NCBI RefSeq assembly: GCF_000143415.4
Contig: NW_003314261.1
Span: 3,960,880 to 4,024,879, forward strand
Source: Selaginella moellendorffii
Taxonomy: Eukaryota; Plantae; Lycopodiophyta
Direction of reading: 5' to 3'
Length of the DNA: 64,000 nt
Below the pieces are notes generated by a model. That model had not been told where the DNA came from. It did no database searches and saw only the letters and a program-made list of their open reading frames with translations. Below are positions 34,968 through 49,639 of the stretch, piece by piece; position 1 is the stretch's first letter, and each line of letters starts with the position of its first letter. The position numbers were made by a program, and so were the translations under genes.

Positions 34968-37900
34968 CTCAACCGGAATTGAAGCCACCACTCGGCACAG
35001 TAGGCTGATTCCCGAATGCAAATGGGCGCTGGAGCTACGCCAGGAGCAACGTTCTCTTCGTCTTCCTCCACCCAGTAGCTGTTGAGGATCTTGATCACCT
35101 TGTCGTATATCTCGTTGTTATCGTGGGTTTCGATCTTCTCCAGGCCCTCCGCCTCGTCCATGAACTTGGCGTAGATGTTGATGGAGCCAGTGTTTCCCGG
35201 GTCCTTCTCCGTCTCGCAGACCGTGAGGATGTTTTCTAGGCCCTCCAAGGCCACCACAATGATCTTGGCATCGGAACAGTTGAGGAGGTCGCATAGAGGC
35301 TTGATGCATCCCTGGTTCACGAGATACCTGCGTCTCCAGAGTCAGATACTGCGTCTCAGCGCAATGACAGCCTACTTGATTTGTTCATGTGTACCGCCAG
35401 AGGTTGCATTGGAAATGGCCCACGCTGCCTCTTTCTTTATGTCAAACTCGGCGTTGGCAAGAAGTTCCACAAGAGGCAGAATGATGTTGGCTTCAATGAC
35501 GGCCTGAATTTGGTCCTTGTTGCCGGCGGTGATGCTCGAGATTGTCCAGCAAGCATCCTTCTTGTTGTAAACATTGGTGAGAAGATGTAACAACGCACCA
35601 TTGTTATGATGAACTGAAATAAATTTAAAGGCAAGCGTAAGAAACATCTAGGATGTTCCGTTTCAAGTTTACCTGCGTTTGGACATCGTCACCAGTCACA
35701 ATGTTTCCCACCGTACGAAGAGCAGGAATGAGAACATTCAGTGAAGGATACCTGGAACCAAGAATGTCAGGCTAGTTAAATGTCACAGCCAAAGACATGA
35801 CTTACATGAGTAGACTCACAAGACATGGACACACACCAGCCTCAATGACAGCTTTAATCTCATCGTTTGTACAATTGCATTATGTTGTGCATGATCTAAT
35901 CTATGGCTCCGATGCAACCTTGGGTTCAAAATTGAAATTCCCTGAGCGTGGGTTTTTGGTTGATACACTAGTCTTATAGTATATGCTAGTAGTTAAAATT
36001 ACTAGCCTTTCAAAGGGGGAAATCTAAATTGTGGATCCCTATCTCTATTCATCATTTTTTATCAATTCACAGCATTCTTTCACTCATCCTTCTTCTCAAC
36101 CCTTGGAGATTGGGCCCTTTTCTCTTTTGTTTTCTTATTGACAATATGAAGAGGAGTATCCACACCATTTCATTTGGCGACCATAACCTCTGAATTCCCC
36201 TTCAAGTTCACAAATTCTTCCATTCTTTCTCCATTCTCTATGCATAGATAGCAAGAATGATCTAGAAATCTACCCAACTTGCCAAAATTCACCTAGATTC
36301 CACAACCCAATGCCACCACCAACATGGATCAACAGCATCCAAGCAGTCGCCACCCAACGCAGTAGAGGTAGACACTTCCCAGAGGAGATCTTTGAAGAAT
36401 CTGAAAGCTCTCTCTCAAGATCTCCAAGTCCAATCACCGACAAAGAACACCAACAACTCTCTTTGACAAGAAACTCCAATCACCAGCACCTTCATCAGCG
36501 GACGCCCTCGGCCACTTCATTGGCAAACTCCATTCTGAGCAAAAGACCACACACTCCAAGCTCAAGAACTCAACTAGTGCATTTGACACAAACCAACATC
36601 ACTGCCAAAACAAACCCCTCTTCCGGGCAGTCGTCGACCCAACAATCCTAGCACTCCGACACAATTCCAGTTCCTGTGCCCACTCCAAATATCGAAGCAC
36701 ATCCTCAGAACCTACACCAACGACAAACCCATCACACTACTACCTGGTATTGGAGAACTTGTCAAGGGACAACTTCACAACGCACCACTGATTTTTCGAC
36801 AACCCCTCTAACAGAGTCAGCAGCTCAGTACCGAAATGACAGTCCGAACTTGGTTTGAAGTCAACACGTTCACCACAACAACTCTCACCAATCATGCCAT
36901 CGCCCAATCCGGACTCGAACAACTCGACGACATTATTGAAGAAATCATTCCTGACAAACCCGAGTATCTGAAACTCTTCATCGAACTCCATCTCAGCACC
37001 AGCAAGTGGAAGACCAGTCTGCATACTGCGCCAGCCAACTCGACCCAACACAACTCAACTAACCACCACCCAACACAACCCAACCCAACACGCACCACTG
37101 TCGACAAAAAACAAGCTCAAGAAACAAGTCGACCAAATCTGTCATTACCAGATTCCTGACAATTTTATCAACAATCAGCCCGCCAATAGTCTTCTCAAAG
37201 TTCTGCCAGAACTGCATGACTAACTGCGGATGCGAATCCGATAATGACAACAAGTAGACGAATGCATGTATCCAAAACCAAGAAGAACATCCAGCAAGTC
37301 GGAAGAAGACCGACAACGGCTTATCCAATGTTTAGATAGAGATTTGAAGAATTTAGAAATAAAGAGAAAGCAAGACCAAAAGAAGTTGAATTAAGTTATC
37401 AAACCCTCCAAGAGAGAGAATTACATCCGACACAAATTGTTACTGCAAGCTAACTCCAATGAACCAGTCTCGGACATTTGTGAAGAATACAACAACTACA
37501 CAACACCACTGGACACACCACCGGCAGCACCCTTGACGGCACCCACCGAAGTGCTTGAGCCTGACCAAACATTCGAGCAGTCGACACAGACTATGCCCGA
37601 GCAACAAAACATTTTTCAAGCAGCATACAACCACTTCAAAGGTACATTCAACGACAAACGACCAAGTTTCCTACCCAGCTTCACAGACTTCACCAGACCG
37701 GCACCATTTTCGCCATACCGACCGATCTTCACAACACCAATATATCCCACATTTGCGTTCAACATCTACCAAAGCTCGCTATCAGCAAGACCTTTTGAAC
37801 ATGCTTTCAACTTCAATGCACCGACAAGACAAGAACTTGACTTCACCCACTACAGTCGCACTCCGATATACCCAGTCAACAGCGGTAAAGAAGAACAACC

Positions 37901-40900
37901 TGAATCGTCCAATAGTCAAGCACTTGACGAGTAAGTCAACAACTCAGACCGAGCTGCCGAACAGCTACAATCATCCAACAACAACGAGATCGACAAACCA
38001 ATCATCGACGACAACAATCTTCCACTGCAACCACAATCACCACACAACTATACATTTGAAGAACTCTTTGACAATTTAGAAGAACAACCACAACCAATAC
38101 AACATAACTCCAACAAGTACGTCCACAACAAGTTTGAGCAGCATCTTCCGGAGATCAACACTGGCAAGCAGCCCGATGCCAACGAGACACCCGAAAACAG
38201 TCCCAACATAGAAGACAAAACAGAGGAGAGTCCACTAAACAACAACAACAATTCCCCAGCTTCCTCCTACACTGACTTTGCTGTCGACCCCGACAACCCC
38301 TTGCTACAAATCACCTTCGGACTCCACAGTGAGAACCCGACAAAACAACCTCGACAATACCAACAGCAAATGGCAGTCACTACCACCATCGCTAACATAC
38401 CTATTAGAAGACATGTCTCCTATCCACTATTTCATGGTCTGAAGTCAGAAGATGCTGAGAAACATGTGGAATAGTTCCGAGAAGCAATCTGCATCAACAG
38501 CCAGACGACCGAACTCCCATACTACTTTCAATGTACCCTTCGAAAGAGAGCCAACGAATGGGCTCAAACGCTTCCTCAAAATACAAGTTTCAACGACCTC
38601 ACACTCAAGCTCATTGACCGATTCAAGTCTTCCCTCACTCAAAGTCAATGAAACCTTCACTCAACAAATGCAGAAATAGTGCCACCGAAACTTTACTTTA
38701 CCAGTGGTCCATGCAAGGCCTACAACGATCCCTCTGAGAAGTGGCAACACACATCAATGTCACCACTTACCTTGAACTAGCAAGAGCCCTTCAAGACATT
38801 CAAGCTCGACAAATGACAGCACAAGTTGACAACACAGATAACTCAGATTCTGATAGCAGTTCCAACGACAACTCCGACAATGAACTCGGAGAGAGCACCA
38901 AGTCAAAACTTCGGAAACTCAAGAAAACAATCAACAAGCTCAAGGGAAAAGTCAAGGCCGACATCAAAGAATTTCAATCTGGAATTTGGTGTACTAAGTG
39001 CAAGAACAAAGAACATCCAGCAAGTGACTGCAAGCTCCAAATCTCCAAATGCCAGATCTGTGCCAAAGAAAGTCATGATGCCAAGACTTGGAGATTTCAA
39101 AATTCTCCAGAAGTTCGACAAGTCTCAAACTATCCCTGACAGCAGTTTCGACAACCATATCCAAATCAATACTTCGACAACTACCCGGCACCACCTCCGA
39201 CAAACTAGAGACTGCCGAGAAACAACTTCCAACAACAGAGTCGACAATGGAATGATCAACCTTGCTGCAACAACTACAACAATTACAACAATGGCTACAG
39301 TAACAACTACAATGATCGACAATACCTGCCGAACCGGAACTACCTAGTAAACCGAGACAACTACAACCAAGGATACCAACAATACCCAAGATACCAGAAC
39401 CAAAGATACCAAGGCCAAGGTTATCAAGACCAGGGCTACCAAGGCAACTACAACAACCGGCCATGGCAACCTCAACTTCAAAACCAAAGAGGTCCGTCAA
39501 GACTTGGTCCACTACCTCCTCAACAACAAGATCAGAACCAGCAGCAACCACCAACAACAAGGATGGTCAAGACCGACAAACTACCTTATGCCGACAATGA
39601 TGACTCCGATCCTCAAGTCATGGCAATACAAACCCGAGTACAAATTCAAGCAGAAAAACAATCGGACAGCAATTCTGGAGATCATTAAGAGAAGGGCTCG
39701 GAGAGCCCGATAAAACTCTAGGAATGGAAAAAAAAGCAGAAGTTAGCCACCAAGATACAACGTCAACTTGCTCTACAACCACCCGAGTTAGTGATTTTAG
39801 ACTCCGATAAGGAAGCTCAACCATCACCAGCTTTACAACAATGCCAAGACTCAATACCAGAAAACCAACAGACAAATCGTCCGACATCGACATCGACACC
39901 AGAACACAATCTAGCAAACTTCAAGGAAATCCAAGAAGTAGCAGAGACTACCCTCAGCCAAAATATTCAGATCACCATCGGCCAATTGCTGAAGATTGCA
40001 CCCTACCTCACAAAACAGCTCACTGATCTGACATCTGCACTGACCAACACTCTGACAGACTCACCCAAACTCAACCCGACATGGACAGCTGTTGACACAT
40101 TTCAAACCAAGATTCAACCAGGCAATTGCGACAATGATGTTCCGACAATCGACCTAAGACTCAACAAACACCTTGTTCGCAGAGCCATAATTGACGGCAG
40201 CTCCAGCATCAATATTATTGAAGAAAGTCTTGTTCAACAGCCCAACATTGGCCCAATCCACCCGGCACCTTTTAATGGCCGACCACCAATCTGTGCAACC
40301 CAAAGGCATCATCCGAAAAGTGAACACCACCATTCAAGGTATCGAAATATCAGTCAACTATGTCATCTTCAAACTACTAGAGCAGACTGACAGATACTTG
40401 ATTCTCCTCAGTCAACCTTGGCTCTGAACCACCCAAGTTTATCAAGACTGGCCCAACAACAATCTTATCCTTCGAGCACCGGATGGCCCGACAACCATGT
40501 CGACAAAAGCGACCAAATCACTGTCCAGCCACAACCGACCTATTGACTTGGAAGAATATAATCTTGAAGATGGCCTTGACGACTATGAAGAACAACAAAT
40601 TCTCAAAGCCTACCCCAATCTCGAACCTTTGGCCGAGATTGACCTATTCTGAATCGTCACCGACTTCCAATGAAAATGACCACTAATTACATCAGCACTG
40701 AAAAATCCAGTCACTCGAGATACAAAACTCAAAGTGCTACCAGCATTCACAGTCGACAACCACAACAAAGTTGCCTACATTCCGTCAATTCTAGCGAACC
40801 AAAAACTTGAAAAAGTCAGCCTGGCCAACAACGGCAACGAACACTACATTGTACTCGCCACCGACATCTTGGCAAGTTTTCGAGACAAAGGCATCAAACT

Positions 40901-43900
40901 TCTCCGAAAGAAAAAACCACTTGTTCGCTTGGAGTTACCAAGACCTTAAGGGAGTTTCGCCAAAACTCAGCCTTCACACCATCACTCTTCTTCCAGACTC
41001 AAAACCGAGAAGACAAGCAGCCTACCGGATGAATCTGAATCTGATGGAACAAGTAAAGAAAGAACTTGACAAGATTCTCCAAGTCAAGTACATCTACCCA
41101 ATTCAGAATCCAATCTGGCTTTCCCCACTAGTGGTTGTGCCAAAGAAAAATGGCAAACTTCAAATCTGCATCAACTATAAACAGCTCAACGACGCCACTA
41201 AAAAAGATGTCTTCCTGATACCATTTACCGATGAAGTTCTTGACGCAGTCACCGGACACGAGATGTACTCCTTCCTCGATGGTTTCTCCAGCTACAACCA
41301 AATTCACATTGCTGAAGAAGATCAGCACAAGACAGCATTCATCAGTCTCTGGGGATCCTATGCATACTGACAAATGCCTTTCGGACTCTGCAACGCCCCA
41401 TTTACCTTCCAAAGGCTCGTCACTAACACTTTCTGAGACTACCTCACCGACTTCATGATCGACATCTTGAATGCCTTGAGAAATGCCTCAACAAGTGCGA
41501 GGAGAACAACATAGCACTCAACCCCAACAAATGCACTTTCTTCGTCAAATCTGGAGTACTTCTCGGCCACATTGTCTGCAAAGACGGCATTCTCATCGAC
41601 AAAGACAAAGTCGACGTCATCTCCAAACTCGAACCGCCGAAGAATCAAAAAGAACTTTGATGTTTCCTTGGCAAAGTCAGATGTCACCGATGCTTCATCC
41701 ACAAGCATGCTCACATCGCCATACCACTCATCGATGGACTGAAGCACGATGCCCAATGAACATGGACATCCGAACAGCAACAAGCATTCGAAAATCTCCG
41801 ACTCAAACTAACAATAGCACCGATCCTTGCCAAACCTGACTGGACACAAGAGTTCCACATTCATGTCGACACTTCTGACATCGCCACTGGCTCATTTCTG
41901 AGCCAAACTCAACATGACAAATGAGATCAACCGATCTACTATGCCAGCCAACTACTCAACCCAACTGAACGAAATTACACCACCATAGAGAAAGAAGCTC
42001 TCGGCATGATCTACTCACTTCAGAAGTTCCGACACTACATACTGTCAACCAAAGTCGTCCTTTTTGTCGACCACAAGGCACTCCTTTACCTCATCAACAA
42101 GCTGATACTATCTGGTCGAATATCAAGATGGTTCCTTTTACTACAAGAATACAACTTTGAGATCATCCACAAACCCGGCAAAAATCATGAGCAAGCAGAT
42201 TACCTCAGTCGGATCACCACTAGCGACAAACCTGAAAGACTCACTGATGACTTACCTGACTCAAACCTATTCCAAGTTTCAATACTGGCAACCTGGCTCG
42301 AACATCTTCAGTTACCTGAACTCAGCAAAAGTTCCAGATCAGGACACCACGTCCGACCAAAAGAAGACTTTTGTTGCTAAAACCCACCAATACTCAGTCA
42401 TCGGAGGCACTCTCTACAAACTCGGCATTGATGCATCAAGCCGCCAAGCACAACTCAAATCATCAAGGAAGCTCACGATGGACATTCTGGTGGACACTTT
42501 GCTGCCAACACCACAACTTGGAAGATTCTTCAAGCCGGCCTCTGGTGGCCAACACTTTAGCACGACACTGAAGAATTCTGCAAACGCTGCGACACATGTC
42601 AACAACACTGATTACCACCGAAAACTCAGACTCAACAACTCAACCCAACATTCCCGATGGCACTATTTCAAAAATGGGGACTTGACTTCATTGGACCCCA
42701 AGTCAGCACTTGTCAACAAAAGCAATACATCGTCGCCGCCACCGATTACACTACCAAGTGGGCTGAAGCAATACCTCTCCGACACGCCACAGCGAAAGCA
42801 ACAGCAACCTTCATCTATGAAAATATCATCACTCGTTTCGGCACACCACTCGAACTCGTCACCGACAGAGGCACCCACTTCATCAATGAAACGATCAAAC
42901 ATCTCACCACCGAGTTCAAAATTTGACACAAAACGTCGACACCATACTATCCTCAAGTCAACAGTCAAGCAGAAGCAATGAACAAAACACTGAAGACCAT
43001 CCTCAAAAAAGTCATCAACGATTCCAGCAAAGACTAAGACGACAAACTTCTTGATGTACTTTGGGCCTATCAAACTGCATATAAATTCACCACCGACATG
43101 ATGCCATTCAAACTTGCCTTCGGAACAGAAGCCATCACGCCAATTGAGTTCATCATCCCAAGCATGCAAGTCACCGTCAAGTATAATCTCGACACATGAC
43201 ACGCAATTCGAGAAAGGCTTCAGCAACTCAAACGTCTCGATGAACTTTGACTCAACGCCCTCTGGACACTTCACGCCATCCAAAAACAGAGAAAAGCTCG
43301 ACACAACCGACAAGCATCCTAGCACAACATTCCAAGATATAGCATTGACAATCATGTTCTCAGGTACCAAGGACCCATCGGCAAACTTGGCCGAAAACTC
43401 CACACCAACTGGCAAGGACCTTTCAAAATCATTACACTCTACCCCAATGGCACTGCCAAAGTCAGCACACTCACCGAAGACTTCAACCTCAACAAACTTC
43501 AACCATATCACATTGACATGTTCAGCATTAGCACCTTAGCAAATTTCCGACCCAAACTGACAAACACCATCGACAATCACCTTGGCAGACAAAATTTAAC
43601 TCAACTCAGTTTGACACAACTCAATTTGACTCAACACGAACTCATCCACCAACTTTAGCAACAAACAATAGCAAAAATCTCTAAGTCCTAAGCTACTGGT
43701 GGACCAACGCCACCTTAGCAGATCTCAATAGTTAAACTTGAGTTAACTTCATCACCAATCTCCATCATTGATCTTCCATTAAGACAAGTCAAACAAGATC
43801 AATAGGTAGCTGAGCTCCAGGAAGATGGGACAGATCCACTAGACAGTGTCCCCAATCACAAGTTTACACTCTCGCAATTGAAGCATCGCTTCTATCAACT

Positions 43901-44830
43901 TGAGCAACAGCAATAACAAGCAATGGAGACTAACTATGTTCATGCTGAGGATGGTGTCTAATTTTGTCAAGGGAGTAGAATGTATCAACCAAAAACCCAG
44001 GCTCAAGGGACTCCAACCTTGAACCCAAGGCTATATTAGATCATGCAGATTAAATCATGCACAGCATATAGCATATGTTGGCAATTAAAACTACTACCCT
44101 TTTAAAGAGGGGAATCTGAATTGTGGATCTCCATCTCCATTCATCATTTTCTTATCAATTCACAACATTCTTTCACTCATCCTTCTTGGAGAGTGAAGCC
44201 CTTGGAGATTGGGCCCTTTTCTCTTTTGTTTTAGTACTAACAATAGATTTCCAATGAAGAGGAGTATCCACACCACTTCAACTACCTTATTAGTTGAATG
44301 AATAAAGCAGGACTTGACTGCAAGAAACAACACCAACCAACAATCAAAATCTGTATTGACATGCCTACAAAGGATCCACATGCATACCTGCTCAAAGTTT
44401 GGTTGCCGCTTGCCACGACAAAAGTTTGGTAGCGTCCAGGTTGCGTTGCGCAGCATAGACAGCTCCGCATTTTCGTTCAGCTGTGCTAGCAAAGGCATCA
44501 TGGCATTGTTATTCAGGACGAGATCTCGGCACTTTGGAGAGTCGCCAGCGACATTACCAAGAGCCCATTCTGCTTGTAGTACGAGACAATGTCAGGTTCC
44601 AAGGTTCCAAGCTTTAAAACTGCGAAAAGAAACAATTACTTGATCCCGGACATCCTCACATGCAGATGAAAGAAGATGCACTAAGATAGGCACAGCCCCA
44701 TGGTTTATAACGACCGTTGTGTGATCGGAAGTGCCAGACGCAATATTCGTAAGAGCCCATTACTCGAATTAACGACCCCAAACACCTTTTGTAAAAAATA
44801 GACTTACCTGAAGCTTGAAAAACTCCACAA
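34968..44830 (-). pseudogene. Importin-alpha pseudogene (34968-35870 + 44281-44830), split by element D
   Basis: Exons and introns colinear with 55863-57440, with small deletions, frameshifts and no exons 1-2. Confidence 0.9.
35879..44280 (+). mobile_element. Degenerate non-chromovirus Ty3/gypsy element D. LTRs ~35879-36172 and 43981-44280
   Basis: ~300-bp LTRs. PBS TGGCGACC at 36175. PPT at 43969-43980. Remnants of two Zn knuckles (~38990-39090), protease IIDGSSSINII, RT (WLSPLVVVPKKNGK, SFLDGFSSYNQI), RNase H, and integrase (KWGLDFIGP, LVTDRGTHF). Many stops and frameshifts. Confidence 0.9.
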
Positions 44831-45218
44831 ATCGACTGGTTTAATACCTTTTCATACCTTTTTATACCTTTTCTCTGAAAGGTATGAGAGCCCAAAAGAT
44901 CAACGAGCCCCAGGTCGCATCGGGCATCTCCGGGGTTTAGATTCTTTGTGTTTGGTTGAGATTGAAGCTGCTTCTGGAAGAGGTGATCTGCTGGAAGCAT
45001 TTGGCAGGTGGATGATCCAACCCGTCAAAGAAATGCTAAAAAAAACACGGCCAGCTCATAGCTTACCTGCGAATCAATGGATCCCGAGGCATGACAAGAG
45101 ATCCCGTTTAATCTGTGTGGAAACCTGACAAAGACGATCACAGATATATTACCATGATTGGTCCGTTGTAAATTAATCAACGATTTTAGTTGTAGCTCCA
45201 CAAAGGAAGATTGAAATT

Positions 45219-45657
45219 TCATGGCTTGAATTCTTTGAAACACTTCCCATCGATTAGATAAGCTCCGATAGCGAACCTCACAGCCCAGACATTCTTTGGT
45301 CTCCTATCAATTATCCTGCACAGTTTTCCCTGAGTACGAAAAAGAATTTGTGGTAGAGATTTACCTGCCAACATCCCCAGGGCGAATTACTCCATCGTTT
45401 TTGCGCAGCATTGGCATTGGCTCGGCAGTCTTGAGGATTTGAGGAGCCTCAGTGACTACTACTGGAGTTCCAATGCCAATCCCTTTGGATGACGAAGCAG
45501 AGCCAAGGTTGTTGATCTCGGGAATGGGCTTCAAGATTTGCCATCCCTCGGGAACAATTTCCACTTTTCTTGGCTCCTCATTCGCATTGCCATCCAGAGC
45601 TTTCACTTTGAGGCTTCCCAATCTATTGATCAAGCAACTCTTCAATATAGAAGTCAT
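45219..45657 (-). CDS. CRR42: CRR42-like / DUF3148 chloroplast NDH assembly factor. Exons 45657-45365 and 45315-45219, 129 aa
   Basis: Spliced protein ends IGTPVVVTEAPQILKTAEPMPMLRKNDGVIRPGDVGR-IIDRRPKNVWAVRFAIGAYLIDGKCFKEFKP*. 49-nt GT-AG intron. Family recognised from memory; start codon tentative. Confidence 0.8.
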
Positions 45658-45711
45658 TTTTGTTTTCCCTTCTAGGTATGAATCGATTTTAATATAACTA
45701 GAATTTACATA

Positions 45712-46440
45712 ATTATCTACACAAAGCATCTGAAATTAAGAGCATATTTAGCACTGTCTACACTCACTAATAAATGCTGCCAATGCCAAAGTCCAAGCCC
45801 CAATATTTTCTTCACTTGCAACAACCGTTCCCCATCCAGCCCTTGCACCAAGCTCTGCTACACATGAGCCTGAACAAAACAAACTCAAGCCTTCTGAACC
45901 AAGCCTCCATGGCTGCATAGAACTAAGAATAAAACCTCACTTGGCAAAACACTGTATAAATATAAACAACTTATGAATGAATATGAATGAATGAATGAGA
46001 ACTAAGAATGTGTGGAGAAACACTGTCCAAAAACATGTCCATAAAGAAGCCCAACACTTTGCAAATATTTCCATTCGAGCATATGCTGAATCACGGCATT
46101 CCAAGGCACAGTGGTACAAACAAACCTTGAGAAAAACACACATCGGCAGCCCACAATTCAGAGCATGTTCCATACATTCAATAGCTACCATCATGTTGAT
46201 GTCATGCTTCCAACAGTTTCTCATAATCAGATTTGCCACAAGAAGAGACCCAGCTTTGCAAAGTTTTTTCTAAGTGACGGAGTCTAGAAGAATTCCTCTA
46301 GATTTCATTTCCAAAAACACTGAGATTACATTTTTGCCATGACCATTCTTGACACCCATACTTTTTGAAATAGCCAGCAAATTCTAGATGTTGTGTTAAG
46401 ACTGTTGAGGAAATATCCCCTACTTAGGCATATGCTTCAA
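45712..46440 (-). pseudogene. Deleted and frameshifted paralog of the 3' part of the PPR gene
   Basis: Colinear fragments matching 32495-33380. Confidence 0.85.
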
Positions 46441-46449
46441 GCCTTGCAT

Positions 46450-49109
46450 TACTATAGTATTAAGTGTCAAATCTAAGCAATAAAATGCAACATAAATGTC
46501 ATATTTCACTTATAAAGATTTATAATAACTTCATTCACAACATAAACAAGTTTATGCTATTCTTTTTTTGACAAAACTCAAAACTAATCTAACACTAAAC
46601 TACTTAAGGAGTAATAACAAAGTTCTCTGGAAAAGAATTAAGTATTACAATAATAAATTTTAGTGTTTCACCATTATTTATTTCACAATTCACCACTTGT
46701 AAAACCATCATAACTAATATGCATTAAAAAAGACTCTTGATTGCATGATGTAAAAAAACAATAATATTACACCTTGTTGCAAATTATCTCTCAGTAAAGA
46801 GAAAATGATTTACATAATTGATCTTTCATCCTTAATGATTCTTTTTTTGTTTCAAATTTGAAACCTTAAATTTGTGTTCACACTACCTTTAGTTTAACCT
46901 AAGAAAAATTTATGAAAAAGCATGACAATGACTACTAGTGTTATGCTAAACAATTATAAACTAGTCTATTTGCCACTCATAGCAAATCTATAAGAGGTTT
47001 ACTTTTACCCACAGTAATATGAACCATTGATAAGTTAACATTAATCCTGCCAACTCAGAGTATAATTTTAAGTTGCTAATATGCTTTACTCACAAGCCCA
47101 AGCATAAACTCATATAAATGATATATCTCAAATTCATCTATGAGCCCAATCAAAAGCTTATATAATATAGTATAAAATGGTATATATTAAAATCTATACT
47201 TAAAAGATGCATACGAAGCCATAGCAATCAAATTGTAAATAACTAAAGAAAATAACTCAAAAAGTGATCTATAAAGGTTCAAATATAGAGGGAAAAAGCC
47301 AATAAATAATCTATTTTCTAATTAGTTAAGGGTCTCTATGTCAATCTTACTACTCATTCTAGAGCATTCTTGATCTCTATTAACATAACTATCATGTTTT
47401 GGAACTTTAATATTAACTTCTTGAGTTAATTTCTTAGGTGTTTCTAACATTTTACATTGTATATACTGCACAAACTTCATTTCCCCATTTTATGAAGTTT
47501 TTTACTTAAAGGCACTATCATTCTCTCTTTTATTTTGTGCCACCCTAGGCACTAAGTTCCACTTATTTATAATTTGCATTAGAGTTGTTTATGGCTTTAT
47601 TATTTCACTATCTTGTTGCTTTATCTCTTGGAGCTTTTACTTTTGTCAAATTAGAGCATTTGGGAATCCCATCTTTAGAAATATATTTCTTTTTCCACAA
47701 TATATTAGCATGCACTATATAAGTGTTCTTCACCTAATTTGTCATTTGGATTCCTTTTAATAATTTCTATAGCCCATTCTCGGCTATTAGTTTTTTGTTT
47801 CCATCCTTTAATTATTACACCAAGCAATATAGGATCAATACCTCCATATATGTTTTTTCTATTTGGTCATCTTGACCAAGTCACACCATTATCAATAGTT
47901 CAAATTAACATTTTGAATTAAAAAACTTATTCCTTAACCTAACAAAGAGCTCATCTTTATTTGGCCATGGGATCACTTAGTGATCTCACGTGGACATGTA
48001 TACCAATAAATATTAGGTTTATCAAACTTTTAAGTTGTTGACCATAATCTTGAGGGCATCCCCACACTTAGCGGTGCACCTAAGTTAGCCCTTTCAACCA
48101 AGGGTTCATAGTAACCAAAAATAAGTGTTCCTATCCCATTCAACTCATCCTTGGTGCCATTTGCACTAAAGCATTTAAATTAAATAAATCAGGTTTTCAC
48201 ACTAAACATTTTAACCGTGTATCACAATTTTAAGGCATCCCCCACTTGTGAGTTGGGACATAAACCCAAGCACTAGAGGATTAGACTCAAACTTAACTTT
48301 TGTACATGCATTTACGGACGGCATCTTCTAGGATGCCTAGTGTGACTCCTTATGCTAATGTATTAACTTATACTCAATATACATTACAGATCACAGTTAA
48401 GGAACCTAGTTCTTCTGAGCTTCCAAGTCCTCTCACTTGACAAGCTAGTTAATTAACCTATGATCATGCATAGACTCCTTCATACTTGGCCCCATAAGTC
48501 ATCCCTTTTGAAGTCAACATCTTCAATTAGAGTCTTTGTTCCTCTAACTTGTCAATTTTGCTTAGCAACCAGCATAATATAGTTTTATTCATAAGTATGA
48601 AATTTTTTAAACATCAACTTTTATTTAAAGCTATCTTTTTAAACACTTGGGAACTATTTCCCCAACTTTGATAGCCTTGCCCCATAGCAAGCTTCAAAAC
48701 TATATTATTGTTATGCCACTTTGACTTCACACATTCTATGAATTATTTACATTTTTATTTCTAAGTACTAACTTACCTAAAATTGTCCTTAGGAACATTA
48801 GTTGTTTATAAGAAATCACACCATATATTGAGATTTACATTGGTAGTCTAATTTGGGCCGGTTGGGGCTCTCAAGAGAGTTATAATTTTTAACTTCTATT
48901 CATAGGGGTATGAACTTATAGAGAAACATAATGGATTATAAGTAATAAAACAAAAAAACTCGAGATAGGCCATGAATAAAAGTGTATCTTATTTTCTAAT
49001 TGATTAAAAGTTTTGATATACTTAGGGTTAAATACCCTTAGGTTTGAGTAATATTAAACTGGGTAGTATTGGGCTAGGTAACCTCCCAAAAAGTCTATAT
49101 ATATATATC

Positions 49110-49143
<34 letters not shown>

Positions 49144-49620
49144 AATTCATTCAAATCATCATTTTCATCTCTGCGTATGCAATAATATTAGTTGCCCAAT
49201 CTCATTAGATAGTATTCACTAAAACTCAACACCTATGATTTTCACTTTTTATCTTATAATGATTTACTATAAAATGGCCATAGAGCGGAATCTAATCCTT
49301 AGACACATGTGCTTAGGGCAACGGAGTAGAACCCAAGTTGCAATGGATTGGGAGTATGGAGCAACATTAAAACATTCTTAGAGCATTTAGCATCTTAACA
49401 CCAAAACTAGCATGCAAACAAAGCCAAATGAAATCTAATATTATTTCAATATACTGATGGCTTAATGTGAGATATTAAGTCTAGTTTATTAACACTTGAA
49501 TAAAAAGGATTATCAAAGGGAATTAACAATATTAATCTTTTGTTGTTGTGATAGTAACAGAGGAATATCCAAAAGGACTTATCAATAGATAACTTTCAAT
49601 ACCCATAATCATATTTATGA
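46450..49620 (-). mobile_element. Old AT-shifted remnants of family B (46450-47180, 49140-49620) and family C internal region (47200-48800)
   Basis: Similar to 16890-17740, 17800-18270, 12940-13000 and the reverse complement of 19200-21200. Confidence 0.7.
49096..49136. repeat. Compound (TA)n(TG)n microsatellite
   Basis: Read directly from the sequence. Confidence 0.95.
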
Positions 49621-49639
49621 TAAAAAGTTAGTGAAATCC

